28,253 bases of DNA, from positions 1 through 28,253 of IMG/VR virus record IMGVR_UViG_3300021133_000590. One strand, 5' to 3'. Positions 1 to 7,369 of the stretch are shown here, piece by piece; positions within the stretch are counted from its first letter, which is position 1; each line of letters begins with the position of its first letter. Made by a program: the position numbers and the translations under genes. The notes under the pieces were generated by a model. That model saw only the letters and a list, made by a program, of their open reading frames with translations, had not been told where the DNA came from and did no database searches. This DNA comes from a virus (taxonomy: Duplodnaviria > Caudoviricetes).

Positions 1-1
1 C

Positions 2-379
2 TCAATGGGAGAAACAAATATTAGTACCGGAGGTCTTGCATATCGTTTTTATAGTGACATGAGAATAAAGTTTGCCAAGATAAAAACAGATAAAGAGGAT
101 GAAGTTTCTGTAACGGAAGTAAGTGTTGTTAAAAACAAATGTGCACCACCTTGGGGTAAAGCTGTGTTCAATATACAATGGGGAAAAGGTTTTGACTATA
201 TGCAAGAGATCATAGACTATGCAACAGAACTTGGGTATATAAAAGTAGGAGGTGCTTGGTATACTATAGGAGAATCTACTAAAGTACAAGGATCTGAAAA
301 GGTTAAAGAGTTTTTTAATGACAACCCGGAGTATTATACACAACTTTGTATGGATGTTTTAGAAAAAATCAAAGGATAG
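2..379 (+). CDS. recA: RecA recombinase, C-terminal part (5'-truncated by window)
   Basis: STGGLAYRFYSDMRI matches RecA TTGGNALKFYASVRL; VVKNKCAPPW matches VVKNKxAPPF; GGAWYT...VQGSE..KEFFNDNP matches GAWYS...GQG.E...L..NP. The frame is open to the left edge. Confidence 0.93.
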   Translation, partial: SMGETNISTGGLAYRFYSDMRIKFAKIKTDKEDEVSVTEVSVVKNKCAPPWGKAVFNIQWGKGFDYMQEIIDYATELGYIKVGGAWYTIGESTKVQGSEKVKEFFNDNPEYYTQLCMDVLEKIKG

Positions 380-380
380 T

Positions 381-566
381 ATGAATATCTTTATAAAAGA
401 AAATGATGTAATAGCAAATCCTGATTATACAACATTGATTTGTATAATCAGGATAGATGGGCAAAAAGTTTATTGTATACCTTTTAAGAGTTCTATAGAC
501 ACTACTCCAAATTTATGGATAGGTCCTTATATAAGAGTCTCTTCTCAAAGACAAAAAATATGCTAA
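381..566 (+). CDS. Hypothetical protein, 61 aa
   Basis: ATG lies 1 nt after the recA stop, and the stop overlaps the next start (ATG 560), typical of coupled phage genes. No motif recognised. Confidence 0.55.
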   Translation: MNIFIKENDVIANPDYTTLICIIRIDGQKVYCIPFKSSIDTTPNLWIGPYIRVSSQRQKIC

Positions 567-943
567 AAAGAACACCACTCAAGAAAACTAAAAGCACTCT
601 AAAGAAATCCCCTATAAAGAAGAAACCTAAGTCTTTAGAACAAAAACAAGCTCAAAAAGAACAAAGAAATAAGGACATAGCTTTTTATCAGGAGGTATGG
701 AATGAAAGACATCCGTATTGTGAGGTTACTGGAGTTTATCTTGGAAAAGAACCTAAGATATATATGTTTGACCATTTGCTTGAAAAGTCAGTATATCCGC
801 AGTTTAGGTATGAAAAGAAAAATATCATCCTACTATCTTTTCAAGCCCATGAGTTAAAAACAAATGGATATCCGTTACCAAAACATCAAGCAGCTATTGG
901 TAGAGCTAAACTGCTTCTTCTATCAGGCTATGAAGATACTTAG
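560..943 (+). CDS. HNH-family (beta-beta-alpha-Me) endonuclease with basic N-terminal tail, Ref/NinG-like architecture
   Basis: Lys-rich N-terminus MLKRTPLKKTKSTLKKSPIKKK, then CEVTG...FDHLLEKS.YP.FRY...NIILL...AH, an H-N-H pattern. Start moved from 515 to the ATG at 560, which overlaps the upstream ORF end. Confidence 0.72.
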   Translation: MLKRTPLKKTKSTLKKSPIKKKPKSLEQKQAQKEQRNKDIAFYQEVWNERHPYCEVTGVYLGKEPKIYMFDHLLEKSVYPQFRYEKKNIILLSFQAHELKTNGYPLPKHQAAIGRAKLLLLSGYEDT

Positions 944-1181
944 AGTTTTCTGTAGTCTTGAAAGTGCTAAACCACTCAATCTTTAAAGGGGTGTAATCAA
1001 TGGTATCAGTAGATACAAGGAAGGGTATACGGATTTTTTCACAATCTAATACTCTTTCTTGGGGTACTGTTAGTTCACCAGGATTACAAAATTGTAAGAT
1101 AATAGCATTTTCTTTTTCTTGAATGTCTTTGCATTTTTGAAAGAAGATCTTAGCAAATTGTCCAATTTTGTATTGAGCCAC
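906..1181 (-). CDS. Hypothetical protein or fragment of a frameshifted gene
   Basis: 91 aa ORF with a GTG start, downstream of the minus-strand structural cluster. It overlaps the HNH gene end and a second open frame (1070-1312). Confidence 0.3.
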   Translation of the reverse strand: MAQYKIGQFAKIFFQKCKDIQEKENAIILQFCNPGELTVPQERVLDCEKIRIPFLVSTDTIDYTPLKIEWFSTFKTTENSKYLHSLIEEAV

Positions 1182-1335
1182 AAAGTTTGCACCTTTTGGT
1201 TAAGGAGTTGTTGAAAAGCGTTTGTTATTGTTCCAAGAAATGATAGTGTTATTCCAATTATAGCAATAATGCTTTCAGAACTTAAATTTGTTATTTTAAT
1301 GTTGTTTGTATTTTATAAATTTGTTGTGTTTATTA

Positions 1336-2967
1336 TTATAAAATAAAAGCTTTAGCTGATTGCATTGCAGAAGAACTTAAATTATTCCAATTCAAAGTAT
1401 TAGAAAGTGTAGGATTTCCAAAATCCCATATAGTTTGTCCTACTGATGAATTTATATCTGTTGCATTAACATAGCAAACTAATTGTGTAGCACCTTGAGA
1501 AAGAACAAGATTTGCTTGTGTTCCTGGGGTTGATGCATTTAATGTTATACTTTTTAAATTTGTACCATTTAAGGTTAAATTTGTATTAACTGTATAAGTA
1601 ACACTCGATTGTAAGGTTACTGTCATCGTGCCTGATGGTACTATTGTTGGAATGTAAGTAAACGTACCTACATTAAATCCTGCCGTTCCAGAAAAAGTTA
1701 CTGACCAATTACCACCTGATATAGGAACTACTGTTGTTAATGTTGTTGCAGTTAATGTGCTATTTATTGTGACACCTATAGTTCCACCAGAAGCTAAATA
1801 TACAGCATTCCATGAAATACCTGATGTATTTAAAACTACTGGGTATGTTGGTGTTGTTGTCAAAGATAAAGTTGAACCTGTTGTAACAACAGTACCAGCA
1901 GTATAAGTAATATATTGAGTTATTGAATTGTATGTACTATTAAATATGAATGTTTGACCACTTTGAAATGTAACTGTTCCAGTTGTATTTATAGTAAATG
2001 AAGCAGCACCAAACCCTCCAGAATTTGAAGTTCCCATAGAAATAGTACCTGTACCACAATAAACCCATGCTGTAGTTCCTATTATACAAGGATTACCAAG
2101 ATTTGTACCCAAAGCAATATTACCACTCAAATACATGGTGTAGCCATTTAAAGTAGTAGTAACACTTGCAGCAAATGTGCAGTTTGTTACTGCACAAAGA
2201 TTACTTGATAAAGTTATTGTACCACCACCAAATGTTACAGTTCCTGGATTGCAACCAGATGTATTTGTTGTTGAGTTTGAATTAGAAGAGTTTAAATTAA
2301 GAGTGCATGTACCAGATATGTTTAAAGTATTTGTAAATACAACTGTTCCAGAAACATAAGTGAAAGTGCAAGAAGACAAATTAATCCCAAGAGAAGAACA
2401 TGTAAAAGTGCCAGAACCTGCTGCTATTTGAACAGTCATAGAAGTAAACTTATTAGTAAAACTACTTACTGATGACCCAGAACCATAAACATATGTTGAT
2501 GATCCTGTTATTACAACTTGTGATAATCCTTGTGATGTTAATGTACCGCCATTTACTGTTATAGATGTTGCACTTAAAAATAAAGTTCCTGATACTGTTA
2601 AACTATCGGAAATTGTAATCGTAATACCTGTTGTATTGCAATAAATTTGGTTTGTCCAAACTTTTCCATTTGATGTTATCGTTGAGTTTGTGTTGATAGC
2701 AAGATAACCACTACCTGAACTTGTCATACTTGTCCCTAATGTGATATTACCTGAAACAGTTAAGTTGTTAGTAAAAGTTATGTTGTGTGTATAGTTTGTG
2801 AAATCGACATTGTTACATACGGATGCTACGTTAACTGTACATGCTGGACTAGATGACGTAAACGTAGCGGTATTACCATCTGTTGCGGTTGGAACAGTCC
2901 CTAAGCTCCAGTTGGTAGCCACATTCCAGTTGGAATTTGTTGTTCCTGTAAAATTGTTGGCAGCCAT
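1336..2967 (-). CDS. Beta-solenoid adhesin-like / tail-spike-like virion protein
   Basis: N-terminal FTGTTNSNWNVATNWSLGTVPT..D..A.F motif typical of beta-helical passenger-like proteins. Thr/Ser/Gly/Asn-rich alternating beta strands, closing with a TLNWNN motif. No signal peptide seen. Confidence 0.65.
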   Translation of the reverse strand: MAANNFTGTTNSNWNVATNWSLGTVPTATDGNTATFTSSSPACTVNVASVCNNVDFTNYTHNITFTNNLTVSGNITLGTSMTSSGSGYLAINTNSTITSNGKVWTNQIYCNTTGITITISDSLTVSGTLFLSATSITVNGGTLTSQGLSQVVITGSSTYVYGSGSSVSSFTNKFTSMTVQIAAGSGTFTCSSLGINLSSCTFTYVSGTVVFTNTLNISGTCTLNLNSSNSNSTTNTSGCNPGTVTFGGGTITLSSNLCAVTNCTFAASVTTTLNGYTMYLSGNIALGTNLGNPCIIGTTAWVYCGTGTISMGTSNSGGFGAASFTINTTGTVTFQSGQTFIFNSTYNSITQYITYTAGTVVTTGSTLSLTTTPTYPVVLNTSGISWNAVYLASGGTIGVTINSTLTATTLTTVVPISGGNWSVTFSGTAGFNVGTFTYIPTIVPSGTMTVTLQSSVTYTVNTNLTLNGTNLKSITLNASTPGTQANLVLSQGATQLVCYVNATDINSSVGQTIWDFGNPTLSNTLNWNNLSSSAMQSAKAFIL

Positions 2968-2971
2968 TTAA

Positions 2972-3223
2972 TTAAATTGTTCCTGTTTGCCCTATAAATG
3001 TAGTTGTATTTAAAAGATTAGTTAAAGCAGCAACAGTATTAAGTTCATTTTGAATAGATTGTCCTCTTGCAATAACAGCGTTTATTACATCATTTTGAGT
3101 TTGTGGACTAAAAATAGCAACCACTACACCACTTTGTAAAGTACCATCATTTAATGTATAGTCTACTATTACATTTAAACTATTTGAACTAACTTGTTGT
3201 TGTCCTGTAATTGTATATGTCAT
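2972..3223 (-). CDS. Small fibre-associated protein (possible chaperone or minor virion protein), 83 aa
   Basis: Tightly packed (3-4 nt gaps) between two fibre-like genes. Beta-rich N-half and helical C-half. Confidence 0.6.
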   Translation of the reverse strand: MTYTITGQQQVSSNSLNVIVDYTLNDGTLQSGVVVAIFSPQTQNDVINAVIARGQSIQNELNTVAALTNLLNTTTFIGQTGTI

Positions 3224-3226
3224 ATA

Positions 3227-5257
3227 TTATGATTTAGTTCCTGTAATTTCTACTGTTACGTTTTGTACAGTTATAGCTGATGTAACATAAAATAAAATAA
3301 TAGTTCCTGATGGTATAGCTGTTGTAGTCCATCCTGAAACAGAAGCATTAGCTGATGAAGCTGATGATAATGTTGGAGCATTACCTGATCCAACTAAAGA
3401 TGTTCCTGAACTATTTCTAACGTCTACTACTATAGATCCTGATAATAAACCCAATGATCCTATAGACACAATATTCCACCCTGTAATTGTCATTGCATAT
3501 GGAACAGTTATTGCAACAGCATATCCTGTATTTATAACACCTCCTGATCCTAATAATGATGCACCAAAACCACCAATGGCATTAGATGTATTCATGTAAG
3601 CAATATCCCAAGCAGATGATGTATTACCAGAAGTGGATAAACAAGTGGCAACAACTTGCGTGTTATACACAAGAGATTGAAGAGCAACTCCTGTATAGGA
3701 TTGTAGATAAATAGTTGTACCAGATGTACAATTACTCATTACTAAAAATGATTGTCCTACTGTTAAAGTAGAAGTATTTGGTAATTGTACAATTTGATTT
3801 GTACTACCAGAAAATACTGTAAAATACGGAGAAGCAGATGTTAATAGTGTTGTACCGGAAGTTACTGCTATTTGTTGTATACCTGATATAAAGTTGTTGG
3901 CAAAATGATTTTTGTTAGTGTCCCAGGTAGTTAATGTATTGGCTGCAGGAGTGTAAGAATACCCTAATGCCTGATAAGGAGATGCTGTACTTCCTGATGT
4001 ATTAGCAAGCACACTATTGGCTGATATAGGAGCAAGCCCTATAGTACCTGTAGAAGTTATCGGGCCTCCTGTAATACCATTATTAGTGGCAATATTAGTA
4101 ACACCCACATTAAGTGTAGCCCATTGAGGAGTAACACCATTTGATATAAGAGTTTGCCCTGATGTGCCTATAGCAAGATTAGTGAATAAACCTCCGCTAT
4201 TATAGTATATATCTCCATTAGCATCTCCACCTAAAGCAAGTCCTATTTTAGGACCAAAATAAGCTCCTGTTGCCCACGTACCTGTATTAATAGTACCAAC
4301 AGTATTTATAGAGGTTTGTCCTACATAACCAGAATCTATTGAAATAACTTTAGTGGTTCCTGAAGTTGTTACATCTATCTGTAAGGTTGTTCCTGATATA
4401 GAGGATATATAATCTGTTCCGGGAGTTGCTGCGACTAATTGACCGGAACCATTTGCTTTTATAAGAGAAGATAGAACAGAGTTTTGAGCTAAATATCCAT
4501 TTACTGTTAATCCCGCTGTTCCCCATGTAGAAGAAGATGTTCCTGAGATAAAACTATCCCATTGACCAGCAAAAAAAGAAGCTGATTGTAAAATTATAGT
4601 AGCATATCCTCCAGAAGGAATTGTAATTAATATCCCTCCTCCATATTGTTGTATTACAAGATTTCCTGTAGCGTTATTATTAAAAATATATGTCGCTCCT
4701 ACAAGAATAGTAGTTGCATTAGGAAGTACTATAGTAGTGGTTGTAGGAGCACCACTTTGTGCAACCCATATTTGACCACTGGAAGATGTAAGATTTGTTG
4801 TAGAACCCCCGGTAACTCCTGTAATAGTAGGTGCAAATAAATTAGCAGATACTATTCCGGAAAATGAAGCCCCTGTACCATATAGTTCTCCTGTTAATGT
4901 ACCTCCTGATGTAGGTAAATAATTGCCTAAACCTAAAGAGTAGTTTGGAACATTTAAAACACTTCCAACAAGAGTTGAAGGACCTGTAGACCCAGAGGTT
5001 GTAAGAGATATTGTTCCCCCAGATGTTGTTATAACATTATACCCAAGAGAACACACCCAATGAGTCCCTGTATATACAGCATATTGATTTTGGACCCATG
5101 TTGTAGGACCTGATCCTAAATTTCTTACAAAGGTATTTCCAGTTGATACTGTATTCATTATCAACCAAATGTCATTAGTTGTACCTACACCATCTGATAG
5201 CATAGGTACATTTAAAACAGCATTCCAAATACCCTTATAGTTGTAAGTAACTGCCAT
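3227..5257 (-). CDS. Tail fibre-like virion protein, 676 aa
   Basis: N-terminal YKGIWNA..NVP.LSDGVG..ND.W...W module common in phage tail proteins. Fibre motifs YLPTSGGTLTG, GDIYY...LAIGTSGQTL.SNG..PQW and GITGGPITSTGTIGL. Gly/Thr/Ser-rich. Confidence 0.75.
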   Translation of the reverse strand: MAVTYNYKGIWNAVLNVPMLSDGVGTTNDIWLIMNTVSTGNTFVRNLGSGPTTWVQNQYAVYTGTHWVCSLGYNVITTSGGTISLTTSGSTGPSTLVGSVLNVPNYSLGLGNYLPTSGGTLTGELYGTGASFSGIVSANLFAPTITGVTGGSTTNLTSSSGQIWVAQSGAPTTTTIVLPNATTILVGATYIFNNNATGNLVIQQYGGGILITIPSGGYATIILQSASFFAGQWDSFISGTSSSTWGTAGLTVNGYLAQNSVLSSLIKANGSGQLVAATPGTDYISSISGTTLQIDVTTSGTTKVISIDSGYVGQTSINTVGTINTGTWATGAYFGPKIGLALGGDANGDIYYNSGGLFTNLAIGTSGQTLISNGVTPQWATLNVGVTNIATNNGITGGPITSTGTIGLAPISANSVLANTSGSTASPYQALGYSYTPAANTLTTWDTNKNHFANNFISGIQQIAVTSGTTLLTSASPYFTVFSGSTNQIVQLPNTSTLTVGQSFLVMSNCTSGTTIYLQSYTGVALQSLVYNTQVVATCLSTSGNTSSAWDIAYMNTSNAIGGFGASLLGSGGVINTGYAVAITVPYAMTITGWNIVSIGSLGLLSGSIVVDVRNSSGTSLVGSGNAPTLSSASSANASVSGWTTTAIPSGTIILFYVTSAITVQNVTVEITGTKS
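3600..4810 (-). repeat. Two diverged copies of a ~87 aa domain in the 676 aa fibre (about 4550-4810 and 3600-3860)
   Basis: Copy 1: GSTTNLTSSS...IVLPNATTILVGATYIFNNNATG.LVIQQYGG...GQWD. Copy 2: GTTLLTSAS...VQLPNTSTLTVGQSFLVMSNCTSG..YLQSYTG...SAWD. Confidence 0.75.
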
Positions 5258-5562
5258 TATTTTAAAATATCTTTGGCTTCCTTATAGTACATTTGTCCTG
5301 ATTTTTCAGCTTCATCTCCTACAGCTTTTAAAAATTGGGTAAGTGTTAATACTACAGCTTCCCATTTTTCTAATTGTTTTTGATTTGTAACTTTATCTTT
5401 AAGAGATTCCATTATAGCTTTCTTTTTTTCTTCAGTATCTGCATGAAGTTCTATTAAATACCCTATAACTCCTTGAAGATTATTGACCATTTGAGTGCCT
5501 ATAGTTATATTTATTTTAGCATCATGTTTTAAAAAAGGCAGCTTTACTGATTGGTTTTCCAT
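5257..5562 (-). CDS. Hypothetical helical protein, 101 aa
   Basis: ATG start downstream of a TAnnTTTG element. Its stop overlaps the fibre start (TAATG). Confidence 0.75.
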   Translation of the reverse strand: MENQSVKLPFLKHDAKINITIGTQMVNNLQGVIGYLIELHADTEEKKKAIMESLKDKVTNQKQLEKWEAVVLTLTQFLKAVGDEAEKSGQMYYKEAKDILK

Positions 5563-5582
5563 AAAATGTTTCTATATTTGCA
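5550..5582 (+). promoter_or_regulatory. Bacteroidota sigma-A type promoter for the UNG-like gene
   Basis: TATATTTG(CA) at 5573-5580 fits the -7 consensus TAnnTTTG. ATTG at 5550-5553 is 19 nt upstream, one mismatch to the -33 TTTG. Confidence 0.6.
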
Positions 5583-5585
5583 CTA

Positions 5586-5593
5586 CAAAGGTA
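5586..5593 (-). promoter_or_regulatory. Bacteroidota -7 promoter element for the minus-strand fibre operon
   Basis: Reverse complement reads TACCTTTG (TAnnTTTG), 23 nt upstream of the ATG at 5562. The same octamer precedes the 6614 gene. No well-spaced -33 element. Confidence 0.55.
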
Positions 5594-5610
5594 CACAAAA
5601 AGCATTATAA

Positions 5611-6300
5611 ATGAAAAATCAAATAAAAGAAAAACTTGGAGAGTATTTAAAAGGGACTGGATGGGATGAAGAGTTGAAATATTATTGGGCATCTTCTGAA
5701 TTTGATAATAGTATTGAAACACTTTGTCAAATGGTAAAAGAGAAGAAACTTTTTACTCCTTCTATAAAAGAAATGTTTAGATTTTTAAAAGAATGCCCTT
5801 TTAGTACCATAAAAACGGTTATTTTCATTGACGATCCTTGTAATGACTTTATACACTCAGGAATTCCCTTTTCTCAGAAAACAGAAAATATGGGTAAACC
5901 TGATTTCCCAAAACATGAAAACCATAGAGTTAATCACAGGGATGATATTAAAATGTTTCTAGGAGAATTAGCCTCTAAGCCGGAGTTTAACTTCGATCTT
6001 ACAAGATGGTGTCATCAAGGGGTTTTTATGTTTCCGTACACTCCTTCATGTCGTTTAGAAGGTAACCCACATTTTGAATTATGGAGAGAATTAAGAATAA
6101 GGATATTAGATCTTTTAAATGTCAAGTACCCTAACATACCATGGGTACTGACGGGAGAAAGAACAATAAAAATGGAGGACAATATAGATAGTCGCTATAT
6201 AATTGTTGTTCCTAAGTGGAAAAAACAATCATATCATTGGTATGATAAAATTAATGAATATTTAAAGAACAATAAGAAAAAACCTATCAAATGGAATTAA
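5611..6300 (+). CDS. ung: Family-1 uracil-DNA glycosylase homologue with degenerate catalytic motifs
   Basis: UNG scaffold: GW...L, FTP..KEMFRFLKECPFSTIKTVIF, SGIPFS, DLTRWCHQGVF, H..LW, W.L.G and the C-terminal KINEYL...KKPIKW. However, GQDPY reads IDDPC and HPSPLS is absent. Confidence 0.8.
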   Translation: MKNQIKEKLGEYLKGTGWDEELKYYWASSEFDNSIETLCQMVKEKKLFTPSIKEMFRFLKECPFSTIKTVIFIDDPCNDFIHSGIPFSQKTENMGKPDFPKHENHRVNHRDDIKMFLGELASKPEFNFDLTRWCHQGVFMFPYTPSCRLEGNPHFELWRELRIRILDLLNVKYPNIPWVLTGERTIKMEDNIDSRYIIVVPKWKKQSYHWYDKINEYLKNNKKKPIKWN

Positions 6301-6614
6301 TATCTATTACAAGAGTTAGAATAAAGAACATACTCAAGAATTCTATTAGAACCGGAACTCCAATTTTCAGGAACTCTGGCTTTAGAAAACATTGAGTTTG
6401 GTACAATGTTACAATTTGCATCAACTTTATAGTAGTAATGTAATCCAGAAGGGGGTAAAACTTGTCCGGTAAAAGACATTTGAGTAGATGGTAAAAGAGC
6501 TTGGTTGCAACCGTTTTTTAGTGTAGGAGTAGAATGACCCTGCATTGTACCTAAAATTGGTTCACCGTGTTCATTTAGATTTACAATATAAAACAAACAA
6601 TTTGGATTAGACAT
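6297..6614 (-). CDS. Small hypothetical protein (105 aa from ATG 6614), possibly minor virion protein
   Basis: ATG at 6614 lies just downstream of a consensus promoter. Two similar segments: LFYIVNLNEHGEPILGTM and LHYYYKVDANCNIVPNSM. Confidence 0.7.
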   Translation of the reverse strand: MSNPNCLFYIVNLNEHGEPILGTMQGHSTPTLKNGCNQALLPSTQMSFTGQVLPPSGLHYYYKVDANCNIVPNSMFSKARVPENWSSGSNRILEYVLYSNSCNRY

Positions 6615-6632
6615 ATTAACTGGTTTAAAGCA

Positions 6633-6663
6633 CAAAGGTATTAAATATTTTAATAACTACAAA
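6633..6663 (-). promoter_or_regulatory. Consensus Bacteroidota sigma-A promoter (-33 TTTG, 19 nt, -7 TACCTTTG)
   Basis: Plus strand CAAAGGTA at 6633-6640 and CAAA at 6660-6663 give TTTG-N19-TAnnTTTG on the minus strand, upstream of ATG 6614. Confidence 0.75.
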
Positions 6664-6666
6664 ATA

Positions 6667-7008
6667 ATGGAAAAAAATTGTCGTATATGTAAACAATGGA
6701 AGTTATTAGGAGACTTTTATGCCGGTAGAAGAGTATGTAAACAATGTGTAAGGGATGATCAAAACACTAAAAGGGGGTATGAAAAAATACCTGAAAATTC
6801 TTTAGATAAAAGACATTCAGATAAAAGAAAGATCAGAGGTAAAGAAATAAAGATAACAGAGGAATCAATTTTTAACATTGAAGGAAAGGTTTATGAAGGT
6901 TGTAAAATGCTTGAAATCCCTTTATGGTGGTTAGAAAGATTAGTAAATAACAGGAAATGTCCTGCAAATATTAAAAAATATATAAATAGTTTAAAAAATG
7001 AAATTTAA
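6667..7008 (+). CDS. Zinc-finger protein (CxxC...CxxC) with C-terminal DUF3820-like motif
   Basis: KNCRICKQWKLLGDFY...VCKQC resembles the zinc fingers at the N-termini of phage endonucleases. GKVYEGCKMLEIPLWWLERL resembles GKYKG..l.eiP..YL.W. Confidence 0.6.
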   Translation: MEKNCRICKQWKLLGDFYAGRRVCKQCVRDDQNTKRGYEKIPENSLDKRHSDKRKIRGKEIKITEESIFNIEGKVYEGCKMLEIPLWWLERLVNNRKCPANIKKYINSLKNEI

Positions 7009-7369
7009 AAAACCTACAGTTTTAAATAATGGTATGGGAGGTATTCTATATAATTTATTAGAGCCTAAAGAACCTCATAGAATTTATGGAATAAAAATTA
7101 AACAAGAAAATAAAGAGGCATACCTTTCAGGAGATTTAGATGTTATGCTAGAATTAAGTTCAGAGTTAGACAATAGAGCTGGATATGAACTTCCCGGTAA
7201 AATAGTAACCAAAGAATTTTTGCATCCTATAAATTCAGAAGATGAAATGAGATATTTAAAAATTAAAAACGGTAAATTTTGTAAAAAAAATGGTCAATAT
7301 ATTTGGTCTATAACAGAATATACACATGATATTAATGAAATAGACCAAATAATTGAAGAGGATGAATAA
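6998..7369 (+). CDS. Hypothetical protein, 123 aa, with acidic C-terminus
   Basis: Overlaps the upstream gene. LPGKIV.KE.L.P...LKI...C...GQ.I...T.Y...D..I resembles a conserved Bacteroidota-phage protein pattern; function not established. Confidence 0.65.
   Translation: MKFKKPTVLNNGMGGILYNLLEPKEPHRIYGIKIKQENKEAYLSGDLDVMLELSSELDNRAGYELPGKIVTKEFLHPINSEDEMRYLKIKNGKFCKKNGQYIWSITEYTHDINEIDQIIEEDE

Noticed and set aside
2-343. 113 aa minus-strand ORF
   Set aside because: Antisense shadow of the clearly recognisable recA.
1283-1323. Two plus-strand TAAATTTG matches to the Bacteroidota -7 element
   Set aside because: They point antisense into a structural gene, lack a correctly spaced -33 element and are expected by chance in very AT-rich DNA.
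1336-5257. Diversity-generating retroelement target or invertible fibre cassette
   Set aside because: No reverse transcriptase, recombinase, near-identical template/variable repeat pair or inverted repeats seen in this window.
2177-5722. Short ORFs 2177-2359 (+), 4646-4840 (+) and 5522-5722 (-)
   Set aside because: They lie opposite or across well-supported genes, use non-ATG starts and show no motifs.
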